Shown here: one piece after another, positions 26,060-36,468 of the stretch | How the letters are laid out: every line of letters starts with the position of its first letter | Position numbering within the stretch: position 1 is the first letter of the stretch | Origin: an uncultured Gemmatimonadales bacterium | Lineage (GTDB): Bacteria > Gemmatimonadota > Gemmatimonadetes > Gemmatimonadales > GWC2-71-9 | DNA: 64,000 bases | Direction of reading: 5' to 3' | Assembly: GCA_963825055.1 (NCBI GenBank) | Contig: CAWGSK010000008.1 | Location: forward strand, 1-64,000 | Notes under the pieces: model-generated | Seen by the model: the letters and a program-made list of their open reading frames with translations, nothing else | Databases searched by the model: none | What the model was told of the DNA's origin: nothing | Program-made: the position numbers and the translations under genes

Positions 26060-27904
26060 ATGTCTGACGAAGCGAAGAAGAAGAGAAAACTCGAGGCCGC
26101 GGTCGTCTGGCGCGAGGCCCGGACCCTGGTCTGGGCCCACCGGCGCAAGCTTTCGATCGGTTTTGGGCTGTTGCTGATCAACCGGCTGGCCGGCTTCGTG
26201 ATGCCTGCCAGCTCCAAGTACCTGATCGACCACGTCATCGGTGAACGTCGCGGACAACTGCTCCTGCCCCTGGCGGCGGCGGTGGGCGTGGCGACCCTGA
26301 TCCAGGCGGTCACGTCGTTCGGCCTGTCCCAGGTGCTGAGCCTGACCGCACAGCGGGCCATCGCGGACATGCGGAAGCGGGTCGAGGCGCACGTCCTCCG
26401 GCTCAATGTCGCGTTCTTCGACTCCACCAAGACCGGCGTGCTGATCTCCCGGATCATGACCGACGCCGAGGGCGTCCGGAACCTGGTCGGGACCGGCCTG
26501 GTGCAGCTCGTGGGCGGGCTCATCACCGCGACCATCGCCCTCTCATGGCTGTTCTACCTCAACTGGAAGCTGACGTCCGTAACCCTGCTGCTGCTGCTCG
26601 TCTTCGGGGGCGGGATGGCCTACGCCTTCAAGCGGCTGAGGCCCGTCTTCCGTGAGCGCAGCGTCATCAACGCCGAGGTGACGGGACGGCTGGCTGAATC
26701 GGTCGCGGGCATCCGGCTGGTCAAGACCTACACTGCCGAGCGGCGCGAGGAACTGGTCTTTGCGAAGGGCGTGCATCGGCTGTACCGGAACATCGCGAAG
26801 ACGATTACCGGCATCTCGGCAGTCTCGGCGCTGACTACGGTCATTGTGGGGGCGGTGGGCGTCCTCATGATCATCGGGGGCGGGCGATCCATCCTGGCCG
26901 GCACCATGACCATGGGCGGGTTCGTGATGTACCTGTTCCTGATCGGCCTTGTGGCCGCACCGATGGTCCAGATCGCCTCGATCGGGACACAGATCAGCGA
27001 GGCATTCGCCGGGCTTGACCGGATCCGGGAGCTGCTCCGCAAGCCGACCGAGGAAGCGGATGACAGCGGACTGGCGCCGGTACCCTCGGTGGACGGGGAA
27101 GTCGAGTTCAAGGATGTGACCTTTTCCTACGTCGAGGGCACGCCGGTGCTGCGCAACGTCTCGTTCCGCGCGCCGTCGGGTTCCACCACGGCGCTGGTTG
27201 GCTCGAGCGGGTCCGGCAAGAGCACGCTGATCAGCCTGGTCATGGCCTTCAACCGTCCCGACAGTGGGGAGATCCTGGTGGACAGCCGGCCCCTCCGGGA
27301 CCTGCGGCTTCGCGAATACCGCAGCCACCTGGGGGTCGTGCTCCAGGACAACTTCCTCTTCGACGGCACGATCGCGGAGAACATTGCCTTCTCCAGGCCC
27401 GGCGCAAGCCGGGGCCAGATCGTGTCGGCCGCGCAGGCAGCGCACTGCGAGGAATTCATCGAGGGGTTCGAGGACGGGTACGACACGATCGTAGGCGAGC
27501 GCGGCGTCAAGCTTTCCGGCGGCCAGCGCCAGCGGGTGGCCATCGCACGGGCGATCCTGGCCGACCCACGGATCCTCATCCTGGACGAGGCCACCAGCTC
27601 GCTCGACAGCGAGAGCGAGGGCATGATCCGCGACGGCCTCCGCCGCCTCCGGAGCGGCCGGACCACCTTCGTCATCGCCCACCGGCTCTCCACCATCGCC
27701 AGTGCCGACCAGATCCTGGTGCTGGAGCACGGCGAGATCGTCGAACGCGGAACCCAGGATGAGCTGCTCGAACTGGACGGCCGGTACCGGCAGCTGTACG
27801 ACAAGCAGTATGGCCTGGAGCGGGACCGGTTCATCAATCCGGGGGAAGACTTTACGCCGGAGCTGGATCTGGGCGTGACGGGGGGACAGTCAGGGCGGTC
27901 GTGA
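26060..27904 (+). CDS. ABC exporter, fused TMD-NBD (MsbA/MdlB-like)
   Basis: Walker A GSSGSGKS, signature LSGGQ, Walker B LILDE. Confidence 0.95.
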   Translation: MSDEAKKKRKLEAAVVWREARTLVWAHRRKLSIGFGLLLINRLAGFVMPASSKYLIDHVIGERRGQLLLPLAAAVGVATLIQAVTSFGLSQVLSLTAQRAIADMRKRVEAHVLRLNVAFFDSTKTGVLISRIMTDAEGVRNLVGTGLVQLVGGLITATIALSWLFYLNWKLTSVTLLLLLVFGGGMAYAFKRLRPVFRERSVINAEVTGRLAESVAGIRLVKTYTAERREELVFAKGVHRLYRNIAKTITGISAVSALTTVIVGAVGVLMIIGGGRSILAGTMTMGGFVMYLFLIGLVAAPMVQIASIGTQISEAFAGLDRIRELLRKPTEEADDSGLAPVPSVDGEVEFKDVTFSYVEGTPVLRNVSFRAPSGSTTALVGSSGSGKSTLISLVMAFNRPDSGEILVDSRPLRDLRLREYRSHLGVVLQDNFLFDGTIAENIAFSRPGASRGQIVSAAQAAHCEEFIEGFEDGYDTIVGERGVKLSGGQRQRVAIARAILADPRILILDEATSSLDSESEGMIRDGLRRLRSGRTTFVIAHRLSTIASADQILVLEHGEIVERGTQDELLELDGRYRQLYDKQYGLERDRFINPGEDFTPELDLGVTGGQSGRS

Positions 27905-27945
27905 ACAGGGCGGACGAGAAACAGGGCGGACAGGCGGACGGCGTT

Positions 27946-28070
27946 ATTGTCATTCCGAGCGTCCAGCGAGGAATCTTCCCACCCGGTATCGAACGCCTTT
28001 GCAAGCTCGACGAAGGTCGATTGCAGGCTGACAAGATCCTTCGGGCCTTGACGGCCCTCAGGATGACAAT
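27946..28070. repeat. REP/MITE-like inverted-repeat element (125 bp)
   Basis: Termini ATTGTCATTCCGAG / CTCAGGATGACAAT (12 of 14 complementary); inner GAATCTT / AAGATCC; flanked by GGCGGAC and CACCCGA units. Confidence 0.8.
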
Positions 28071-28100
28071 ACACCCGACACCCGACACCCGGTTGTTACC

Positions 28101-28805
28101 ATGCGCATCCGCACACTGCACAAATGGATCGGCGTCGGCGTCGGCCTCATCCTCGTCATGTGGCTGGTGACCGGCATCGTGATGGGCTTGCCCAATTCCT
28201 CCGGTGTCGGGCCGGGACGCACCAGTCCCGACGTCGCCTGGATGGACGCGACGCTCTCACCGGCCGATGCGGTCCGCCTGGTGCAGGAACAGGACACGAC
28301 CGGTGCGGAACTCAACTCCGTCACGCTGCACACGGTACTGGAGCAGCCGGTCTACCGGGTGGCGCTCAAGCGGCAGCGTGGGACCCTGATCTCCGCCGTG
28401 ACCGGCGACCGGATCGAGATCGACCGGGACATGGCGGTCCAGATCGCGAACGCCACCTTCACGACCCCACCCAGGGTCACCTCCGTCGAGCGCCTGACGG
28501 CCCACTCGATGACCTACCCCAACGGCAGGCTCCCGGTCTTCCGGATCGCCTACAACGACGAGCCCTCGACCGTTCTCTTCATTATCCAGGATGAAGGCAC
28601 CGTGGTGAGCACCGACCGCCGCCGCCGCACGCGCGCCACGCTCGCGAGCCTGCACGATTTCCACGCGCTTCGGGTCACGCTGGGGCGTGCGTCGATTCAG
28701 GAGGTAGTGCTGGTCGGGAGCGGCCTGATCTGCCTGGTCACGACGCTGATGGGCTACTGGCTGGCGCTGCCGGGGAGGTGGAGAAGGAGGGCGGCAAAGC
28801 GGTGA
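28101..28805 (+). CDS. PepSY-associated TM domain protein
   Basis: 'LHKWIG...W..TG', two PepSY-like segments, 'LHDF', C-terminal TM. Confidence 0.85.
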   Translation: MRIRTLHKWIGVGVGLILVMWLVTGIVMGLPNSSGVGPGRTSPDVAWMDATLSPADAVRLVQEQDTTGAELNSVTLHTVLEQPVYRVALKRQRGTLISAVTGDRIEIDRDMAVQIANATFTTPPRVTSVERLTAHSMTYPNGRLPVFRIAYNDEPSTVLFIIQDEGTVVSTDRRRRTRATLASLHDFHALRVTLGRASIQEVVLVGSGLICLVTTLMGYWLALPGRWRRRAAKR

Positions 28806-28930
28806 ACGGAAAGGCGGTGAGCGGTAAGCGGTAAGCGGTAAACGGTGAACGGGAACTGCACGCGGGGCGAGATGGTACCGTACGAGGTTGGCACCGTTCA
28901 CCGCTCACCGTTCACCGTTCACCGCTCACG
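28801..28930. repeat. inverted heptamer arrays (GCGGTAA/ACGGTGA)n ... (CACCGTT/CACCGCT)x5
   Basis: Between convergent genes; both stop codons lie in repeat units. Confidence 0.9.
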
Positions 28931-31727
28931 CAGTTACTGTCACCGCCTCCCTCCCCTCCAGAACCTCCTTCAAATACCGCCCCGTGTGCGATTCCCGCAC
29001 CCGGGCTACCTCTTCAGGCGTCCCCGCCGCCACCACCCGGCCGCCGCCCGCACCGGCTTCCGGCCCCATGTCGATCACCCAGTCGGCCCGCTTGATGACA
29101 TCGAGGTGGTGCTCGATGACCACCACGGTGTGTCCCGCGTCCACCAGCCGGTCCAGCACGTGGTTCAGGGTGCGGACGTCGTCCAGATGGAGCCCGGTGG
29201 TCGGCTCGTCCAGGATGTAGAGTTTCCGGCCCTTTCTCTTCCGCGCCGAGATGAGCTCCCGTGCGATCTTGAGCCGCTGCGCCTCGCCGCCGGAGAGCGT
29301 CGTGGCGGGCTGGCCCAGCCTGAGATAGCCGAGGCCTACCTGCTGGAGGTGCCAGAGGGCGAGCCCGAGCTTCGGCTGGTGGCGGAACTGGCGGACGGCC
29401 TCGTCCACGGTCCACTGGAGCACGTCGTGGATGGAGCGGCCGTTAACCCGGACTTCCAGGACCTCGGGCTTGAACCGGGTGCCATCGCAGGACTCGCACG
29501 GGACGAAGACGTCCGCCAGGAAGACCATCTCCACCTGCACATGCCCCGCGCCCTGGCAGGCCTCGCAGCGCCCGCCCGGCATGTTGAACGAGAAGGTGGA
29601 GGGAGTGTACTTGCGCCGCCGCGACTCGGGCTGGTCGGCGAACAGTTCCCGGATCTCGTCGAAGCCCTTGATGTAGGTGATCGGGTTGGACCGGGGCGAA
29701 CGCCCGATCGGGGACTGGTCGATCAGGACGACGTCCTCGATTCCGCCGTATCCGTCGACCGAGTCGACCTCGCCGATCTCCTCGCCCAGGTGTGACTTGG
29801 CACTGTGCTCCCCGTGGATCAGCCGCTCGAGCTGCCGGTACAGCACGTCATGCACCAGGGTGCTCTTGCCGCTGCCGGACACGCCGGTCACCACGGTGAG
29901 TGTGCCCAGCGGAATCGAGACGTCCACCCCCTCGAGGTTGTGAAGCCGGGCTCCCTTGACCCTGATCCATCGGGGGCCCGCCACCCGCCGGCCGCTCGGT
30001 ACGGCGATGCGCTTCGTGCCGTTGATGTACTGGCCGGTCAGCGAGGCGGTGCTGTCCCCGGGCGGCCCCGCGTAGACGATCTCCCCGCCGTGCTCCCCGG
30101 CTCCAGGCCCCAGCTCCAGCATCCAGTCGGCGCGCTCGATGGCGGAGAGGTCATGCTCAACCACCACGACGGTATTGCCGGTGTCCCTGAGGCGCTGGAG
30201 GAGGCCGAGCAGCCGGTCAATGTCCCGCGGATGGAGACCGATGGACGGCTCGTCCAGGACATAGAGCGTGTCCACCAGCCGGGAGCCCATGGCGTTGGCC
30301 AGCGCGATGCGCTGGGCCTCGCCGCCGGAGAGCGTCCGCATCTGCCGGTCCACCGTGAGGTATCCCAGTCCGACCGCGCAGAGGAAATCGAGGCGATCGT
30401 CCAGCTGCTCCAGGATCGGGCCGGCGACGGCGCGCTCCTGCTCCGACAGGGTCAGGCCGTCCATCCACTCACCCATGCGCTCGATGGTGCGTGCCGAGAC
30501 ATCCGCGATACTGTCCGGCCCGATGCGGACGGCGAGCGCGTGCTCGTTCAGCCGCGCGCCGCCACACTCGGGGCACGGATGGGCCAGCTGGTACTGGCGG
30601 AGGAAGACCCGGATGTACTGCTTGTACCGCTTGCGCTCCAGGTCCTTCAGGAACGGGAAGATCCCCACATAGCGACCCATGGTCCCGTACAGCAGCTGTC
30701 GGCGGTGGTCAGCCTTGAGCTTCCGCCACGGGGTGTGGGCATCCGCGCCGAGCTTCCGGGCGGCGTCCCGCAGCATGCGGCGCCGCGTCTCGTACCTCGG
30801 CTTGGTCCAGGGATCGATTGCCCCCTCGGCGATGGTGCGGTCCTGGTCGGGCACCACGAGCGATTCGTCGTACTCCAGTACGGCCCCGAAACCGTTACAG
30901 CCGCCGCACGCTCCGCGCGGGTTATTGAAGCTGAAGAGCGACGGGGTGAGGGGCAGCGTGGCGGTGTCGCAGGCGCTGCAGGCCGGCGACTCGCTGAAGC
31001 GGAGGCCATCGGTCTCGCTCACCGCCATCGCGACACCCTCGCCCTCCTGGAAGGCAGTGGCCACCGCGTCTGCCACACGCCCGGCCGGGGCGGAGCCGGT
31101 CAACCGGTCCACCACCACCAGTACCTCGCCCGCTCTCGCGAGGTCCAGCGTCGCCGGCAGTTCGTCGAGGTGCAGCCCGGCTCCGTCCACCTGGAGCCGC
31201 ACGAACCCCATGGCCCGGAGGTTTTCCACCACCGTGATGTGGTCGTTCCTGGCTGATGCCGGGAGCGGGAAGGCGACCTGGAAGCGGTCGGGAAAGCGGG
31301 CGAGGATGGCGTCTGCGGCGGACTGGGGTGTGTCCCGCCGGACGCGGCCGCCGCAGATCCGGCAGTAAGGGATGCCGGCGCGGGCAAAGAGGAGCCGGAG
31401 GTAGTCATAGACCTCCGTGGCGGTGCCCACGGTCGAGCGGCTGCTGGTGACCGGGTTCCGCTGCTCGATGGCGATGCTGGGGGCGATTCCCTCGATCCGG
31501 TCCACCAGCGGCTTGGGCATCCGGTCGAGGAACTGCTTGGCGTAGGTCGAGAGCGACTCGATGTAGCGCCGCTGCCCCTCGGCGTAGAGGGTCTCGAACG
31601 CGAGCGAACTTTTCCCGCTGCCGGACGGTCCCGTCACCACCGTGAGCGACCGGTGGGGCACCTCGACCGTGATTCCACGAAGGTTGTTCTGCCGCGCATT
31701 GACGACGCGGATGGACCGGCTGGACAT
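28926..31727 (-). CDS. uvrA: excinuclease ABC subunit A
   Basis: 'ARQNNL', two Walker A (GPSGSGKSSL, GVSGSGKSTL), two LSGGEAQR, CxxC zinc modules. Confidence 0.95.
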   Translation of the reverse strand: MSSRSIRVVNARQNNLRGITVEVPHRSLTVVTGPSGSGKSSLAFETLYAEGQRRYIESLSTYAKQFLDRMPKPLVDRIEGIAPSIAIEQRNPVTSSRSTVGTATEVYDYLRLLFARAGIPYCRICGGRVRRDTPQSAADAILARFPDRFQVAFPLPASARNDHITVVENLRAMGFVRLQVDGAGLHLDELPATLDLARAGEVLVVVDRLTGSAPAGRVADAVATAFQEGEGVAMAVSETDGLRFSESPACSACDTATLPLTPSLFSFNNPRGACGGCNGFGAVLEYDESLVVPDQDRTIAEGAIDPWTKPRYETRRRMLRDAARKLGADAHTPWRKLKADHRRQLLYGTMGRYVGIFPFLKDLERKRYKQYIRVFLRQYQLAHPCPECGGARLNEHALAVRIGPDSIADVSARTIERMGEWMDGLTLSEQERAVAGPILEQLDDRLDFLCAVGLGYLTVDRQMRTLSGGEAQRIALANAMGSRLVDTLYVLDEPSIGLHPRDIDRLLGLLQRLRDTGNTVVVVEHDLSAIERADWMLELGPGAGEHGGEIVYAGPPGDSTASLTGQYINGTKRIAVPSGRRVAGPRWIRVKGARLHNLEGVDVSIPLGTLTVVTGVSGSGKSTLVHDVLYRQLERLIHGEHSAKSHLGEEIGEVDSVDGYGGIEDVVLIDQSPIGRSPRSNPITYIKGFDEIRELFADQPESRRRKYTPSTFSFNMPGGRCEACQGAGHVQVEMVFLADVFVPCESCDGTRFKPEVLEVRVNGRSIHDVLQWTVDEAVRQFRHQPKLGLALWHLQQVGLGYLRLGQPATTLSGGEAQRLKIARELISARKRKGRKLYILDEPTTGLHLDDVRTLNHVLDRLVDAGHTVVVIEHHLDVIKRADWVIDMGPEAGAGGGRVVAAGTPEEVARVRESHTGRYLKEVLEGREAVTVTA

Positions 31728-31751
31728 GACCGAAGAATAGCCGTACTGGGA

Positions 31752-32032
31752 AGGGGCGGTCGGGGTGGTCCGGAGGGAAGATACGGCCGGGTGGCGGGCG
31801 GTCAGGGCGGTCCAAAGGGAATACCCGGTCTGGAATCGGGCGGTCGAGGCGGTCGACCGACCTGTCCGCCGCGTCCGTCTCGTCCGCCCGCCGCCGGACC
31901 CCTGCTCCCCTGTACACCGTCCCGACCGCCCGCTTCCAGGACGTGTCTCTCCGCCAGACCGCCCCGACCGCCCGATTCCAGGACGCATCTCTCTCCTCCC
32001 GACCGCCACGACCGCCCTGTTCACGACCGCCC
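31752..32032. repeat. degenerate GGCGGTC ... GACCGCC repeats with an internal duplication
   Basis: 'cccgaccgcccg.ttccaggacg..tctctc' occurs twice (about 31921 and 31962). Confidence 0.6.
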
Positions 32033-32058
32033 TCTTTGCGTTTACGTTTCTCCCCTTC

Positions 32059-33168
32059 ATGGCCAAAGCCCTCTCCCCAAAGCTCCTGCTTCGCGGCTTC
32101 GAGGTCTTCCTCCTCATTTCCCTCGTGGGGTACGGGGCGGTCCTGGCCTATGGCAACAACCTGCCGCTGTTCCTCGAGTCCCTGAAGAACATCCACTTCA
32201 TATGGCTGGTGGTCGGCCTGGGCCTGGCCTCGATGGACTGGCTGGGCGGGGGGCTGCGGCTCTGGATCGTGGCCCGGCAGATCCACCCGGACCCGCCGCT
32301 CAAGGGGATGATCCTGGCGGGGGGCATGAGCGCCTGGGCCGCCTACCTGACGCCGCTCCAGTCCGGCGCCGGGCCGATGATGATCTACACGATGAAGCGC
32401 TATGGCGTGAGCGTCCCGGTGGCGATGACCTCCACCCTGATGACCTTCATTGCCACGGTGGCCTTCTTCGCTATCGCCGGCCCGCTGGCGATCATCTTCG
32501 GGGCCGGGCGTTCGCTGGGGGAGAAGGGCAACGTCCTCGGGCTGTCCCTGTACGACCTCTTCCTCGGCAGCCTGACCATCTTCGCCGGCCTCGGTGTGCT
32601 GCTGGTGATCGTGATCGTGTTCCCCCGGCTGGTGCGGGACCTCCTCACGAAACTGACCGAAAAGATCGGTGGCCGGAGTCGGCGGGTGGCCCGGCGGGTC
32701 GAGCGACTCCGGGCCGGGCTGGACGAGGCCCACCACAGCGTCGTCGCCTTCAATACGCCGAAGGGCTGGCTCTCGCTCGTCCTGGCAACGATTCTCTCCG
32801 CGCCCTCCCATGCCAACAAGTTGCTGGCCGGATACGTCGCCCTGCGGGCCGTCGGGGTGCACGCCAACTTCGTGGACGTGCTCCTCGTGCAGACCCTGAT
32901 CACCTTCCTGCTCTACTTCGCCCCGACGCCGGGCGCCTCCGGCATCGCCGAGCTGCTCTCCGCGACGGTCATGACCGTGTACCTGCCGAGGGCCCTGACA
33001 CCGCTGTACACGATCATCTGGCGGATGATCCTGAGCTACTACACCCTCGCCTTCGGGTTCTTCGTATTCAGCTGGTGGGTCCGCAAGGGCCTCAAGGACC
33101 TGGGCGAGACCACCGCCGGGGTCGGCGAACACCCGATGGCCCTCCCGACAGGGCCCGAAGGCCCGTGA
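32059..33168 (+). CDS. lysylphosphatidylglycerol synthase TM/flippase-like membrane protein
   Basis: 'LTPLQSGAGP', 'APTPGASGIAE', 'IIWR...YY'. Confidence 0.85.
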   Translation: MAKALSPKLLLRGFEVFLLISLVGYGAVLAYGNNLPLFLESLKNIHFIWLVVGLGLASMDWLGGGLRLWIVARQIHPDPPLKGMILAGGMSAWAAYLTPLQSGAGPMMIYTMKRYGVSVPVAMTSTLMTFIATVAFFAIAGPLAIIFGAGRSLGEKGNVLGLSLYDLFLGSLTIFAGLGVLLVIVIVFPRLVRDLLTKLTEKIGGRSRRVARRVERLRAGLDEAHHSVVAFNTPKGWLSLVLATILSAPSHANKLLAGYVALRAVGVHANFVDVLLVQTLITFLLYFAPTPGASGIAELLSATVMTVYLPRALTPLYTIIWRMILSYYTLAFGFFVFSWWVRKGLKDLGETTAGVGEHPMALPTGPEGP

Positions 33169-34955
33169 CGGCGCCGGGCCATCCGGAAGAGGAGGTCGCC
33201 GGGTACGACGCGGACCTGCTGCGGCGCCTGTTGCGCTACCTTCGCCCCTACCGGCTGAACGTGGCGGTGGCGGTGGTCCTCCTCCTGGCCAGCGCCGGGC
33301 TCACCCTCGTGGGACCGATTCTCACCCAGAAGGCGCTCGACGTGGCCGTGCCGGCCCGTGACGCGGGGCTCCTCACCGTCCTCGCGCTGTTTTTCCTGGG
33401 CTCGCTCGCCCTGGACCTCTTCGTCAGCTATGGCAGCAACCTGCTGACGACGTTCATTGGCCAGCGCGTCATGTACGACCTCCGGCTGGAGGTCTTCGGG
33501 CACCTGCAGCGGCTGAGTATCCCGTACTTTGACCGCAACCCGGTCGGCCGGCTGATGACACGGGTCACCAGTGATATCGAGACCCTGAACGAGCTGTTCA
33601 GCAGCGGGGTGGTCACCGTGTTCGGCGACGTATTTACCCTCGCTGCCATCATGGCGATGATGCTCCTGGCCGAGTGGCGGCTGGCCCTGGTTGCCTTCGC
33701 GGTGATACCACTGGTCGCGCTCTCGGCGGCGATCTTCAGGAAAAAGGTCCGGACCGCCTTCCAGGACATCCGGATCCGGCTCGCCCGGCTCAACAGCTAC
33801 CTGCAGGAGCACCTGGGCGGAGTGCGGGTCGTCCAGCTCTTCAATCGAGAGAAGGCCGCGGCCCGGGACTTCGAGTCGGTCAACCGGAGCTACCTCGAGG
33901 CCCACCTCCGGGGGATCCGGCTCTATGCCGTGTTCTTCCCGGTCATCGAGGTGCTGACGTCGGTTGCGGTCGCCCTGCTCCTCTTCTACGGCGGCCTCAA
34001 GAGCCTGGGGGGAGGGTTGACGGTCGGAATCCTGGCAGCCTTCATCCAGTTGACGCGCCGCTTCTTCCAGCCCCTCCAGGACCTCTCGGAGAAGTACAAC
34101 CTGCTCCAGAGCGCGATGGCCAGCTCCGAGCGGGTCTTCCGGCTGCTGGACACGCCGGTGACGGTGGCCGAGCCCGTCGGGCCGCGTCCCCTGGCCGAGC
34201 CGGTCCGGGGCGAAGTCGTCTTCGAGCACGTCTGGTTCCGCTACAGCCCCGACGGCCCCTGGGTCCTGAAGGACGTATCCTTCACCGCGACGCCCGGGCG
34301 GACTGTCGCACTTGTCGGGCACACCGGGGCGGGGAAGACCACCGTCATCAATCTGCTGCTCCGGTTCTACGACCCGGAGCGGGGCCGTATCCTGGTGGAC
34401 GGGGTGGATCTCCGCGAGATCTCGACCCACGACCTGCGCGGCCTGATCGGCTTCGTGCAGCAGGATCTCTTCCTCTTCACGGGTGACATCCTGCACAACC
34501 TTACGCTTGATGCGCCGGTGACCCGGGATGTTGCCGAGCTGGCCGCGGGCCGGGTGGGAGCGGACCGGTTCATCCGGAGGCTGCCGGCGGGGTATGGACA
34601 TGTGCTGGGGGAGCGGGGGCGGAGCCTGAGCGTCGGGGAGCGCCAGCTCCTGAGCTTTGCCCGCGCGCTGGCGCTCGATCCCCGGATCCTCGTGCTGGAC
34701 GAGGCGACCAGCTCGGTGGACACCGAATCCGAGGCCCAGATCCAGGATGCGATCGGTGAACTGATGCGGGGGCGGACGAACATCGTCGTCGCCCACCGCC
34801 TGAGCACGATCCTCCACGCCGACGAGATCCTCGTCATGCACCACGGGGAGATCCGGGAACGGGGGCCGCACCGCGCCCTGCTGGACCAGGGTGGGCTCTA
34901 CTGGAAACTGTACCAGTTGCAGTTGAGCGGGCCGGAATCGGTGCGGAGCGCGTAA
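33165..34955 (+). CDS. ABC exporter, fused TMD-NBD
   Basis: GTGA-coupled start; GHTGAGKT, LSVGERQ, LVLDE. Confidence 0.93.
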   Translation: MTAPGHPEEEVAGYDADLLRRLLRYLRPYRLNVAVAVVLLLASAGLTLVGPILTQKALDVAVPARDAGLLTVLALFFLGSLALDLFVSYGSNLLTTFIGQRVMYDLRLEVFGHLQRLSIPYFDRNPVGRLMTRVTSDIETLNELFSSGVVTVFGDVFTLAAIMAMMLLAEWRLALVAFAVIPLVALSAAIFRKKVRTAFQDIRIRLARLNSYLQEHLGGVRVVQLFNREKAAARDFESVNRSYLEAHLRGIRLYAVFFPVIEVLTSVAVALLLFYGGLKSLGGGLTVGILAAFIQLTRRFFQPLQDLSEKYNLLQSAMASSERVFRLLDTPVTVAEPVGPRPLAEPVRGEVVFEHVWFRYSPDGPWVLKDVSFTATPGRTVALVGHTGAGKTTVINLLLRFYDPERGRILVDGVDLREISTHDLRGLIGFVQQDLFLFTGDILHNLTLDAPVTRDVAELAAGRVGADRFIRRLPAGYGHVLGERGRSLSVGERQLLSFARALALDPRILVLDEATSSVDTESEAQIQDAIGELMRGRTNIVVAHRLSTILHADEILVMHHGEIRERGPHRALLDQGGLYWKLYQLQLSGPESVRSA

Positions 34956-35027
34956 GGTGCGTTCCCTTGTCCGGTTACAGCGCCCCGGGTACGTTATTCC
35001 GTTACACTGGATTCGCGGGATTGAGCC

Positions 35028-36455
35028 ATGATGCAGCTCGAAATCGGCGGAGAACGCCACGTCGTCCCCGACGGCGAGACGACCATCGGGTCAGATCCTG
35101 CCTCGAGCATCATGCTCGAAGGTGGGGATGTCGAGCCGCGCCACGCCGTCGTGGCCAGCCGGCCCGGGGTGGTGGCTATCCGCCGCGCCTCACCCATCGC
35201 CCATGTAACGGTGAACGGGATCCAGCTGGGGCAGGAGCCGACGCCGGTGCTCCACGGCGACCGGATCCGGGTAGGGGGCCATGAGATCCGGGTTGTGGAT
35301 ACCAGCAGGGTCGGCAGTACCCAGTTTGCCCGGGCTGTGACGCCGCGCGGGCCCGACGGTCCGCCCCTGGACGGGACGGACCCCCCGGTGGACGGACTCA
35401 CCGCGGGGCGGCTGGTCTCCCTGACCGACGGCCGCGAATACTCCGTCACCAGGGGCCTGGTTCTGGGCCGTGATGCCGACTGTGACGTGGTCATCGAGCA
35501 TAACCAGGTCTCCCGGCGTCATGCCGAGGTGCGCCGCACCGCCTCCGGATACGAGATCGTTGACCTCAGCACCAACGGGACGTTTGTTAACGATGAACGG
35601 GTGAGCGGCCGCCGGCCGCTGGCCCGGGCGGACCTGATCCGCCTCGGCACCCATGAATTCCGCTTTTACGCCGACGAGAAGGACGAGGCGGACAGGACGG
35701 ACAGGACGGACGAGGCGGCCCAGGCGGAAAAGGCGGACGAGGCGGTCGAGGTGGCCCCTCCGCCCCCACCCCCGCCCCCGCCCGTACATCCGCCGCTCCC
35801 ATCCCCGCCGCCGGGTGCCAGCGAGCGGCTGAACGACACGCTCTTCGGTGCGCCGGTCACGCCGGGGCGGGTGCCCCGGGCGGTCGCCCCCGCCGCGCCC
35901 CAGGCGCCCCCCGTGATCGCCTCGTTTCTCGTGCGGAGCGGCCCCCTCCGGGGGACCCGGCTGGCCGTGCGGGCCCCGGTGGTCAACATCGGCCGGAACG
36001 ACTATAACGACCTCGTCGTGTCGGATGAGAGCGTGAGTGGCAACCACGCCAAACTGCAGCGACGTGAGGGGATCTGGATCCTGACGGACCTCGGCAGCAC
36101 CAATGGGACGTACGTCGACGAGGAGAAGGTGATCGGCGAATACCCGCTCGCGCCGGGGGCCGGCGTCCGCTTCGGCCGGGTACAGACCCTGTTCGAACCG
36201 AGCGATGACGCCCTGGGAGTCGCTCCGGCGGGTGGCGGTACGCGGATCATGCCCCAGATGGCGCAGGGTCAACCGGCCGCGGCGGTCGAGCCCGCTGCCG
36301 CTCCCGTGGATGCCTCCGAGGCCAGACCCGCCCCGGCGCGTAAGGGCCCTGTGGTGGTGACAGGGGGGCCGTCCGCCCCGACGTCCCGCTGGCTGGCCCC
36401 ACTCCTCATCCTGGCGGCCGCGCTGGCCCTCGCCAGTTACTGCTTCCTCATCTAG
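35028..36455 (+). CDS. multi-FHA domain protein with Pro-rich linkers and C-terminal TM anchor
   Basis: 'LGRD...VSRRHA...STNGTFVN' and 'IGRN...VSGNHA...STNGTYV', plus a degenerate N-terminal FHA. Confidence 0.9.
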   Translation: MMQLEIGGERHVVPDGETTIGSDPASSIMLEGGDVEPRHAVVASRPGVVAIRRASPIAHVTVNGIQLGQEPTPVLHGDRIRVGGHEIRVVDTSRVGSTQFARAVTPRGPDGPPLDGTDPPVDGLTAGRLVSLTDGREYSVTRGLVLGRDADCDVVIEHNQVSRRHAEVRRTASGYEIVDLSTNGTFVNDERVSGRRPLARADLIRLGTHEFRFYADEKDEADRTDRTDEAAQAEKADEAVEVAPPPPPPPPPVHPPLPSPPPGASERLNDTLFGAPVTPGRVPRAVAPAAPQAPPVIASFLVRSGPLRGTRLAVRAPVVNIGRNDYNDLVVSDESVSGNHAKLQRREGIWILTDLGSTNGTYVDEEKVIGEYPLAPGAGVRFGRVQTLFEPSDDALGVAPAGGGTRIMPQMAQGQPAAAVEPAAAPVDASEARPAPARKGPVVVTGGPSAPTSRWLAPLLILAAALALASYCFLI

Positions 36456-36468
36456 CGAGCGATTCCAC

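Noticed and set aside
31728..32117. N-terminal extension of UvrA
   Set aside because: Runs through intergenic repeats; homology begins at MSSRSIRVVNARQNNL.
31653..33164. 1100-aa ORF as an N-terminally extended ABC transporter
   Set aside because: The extension is an off-frame read of the flippase-like gene; the real start is the GTG at 33165.
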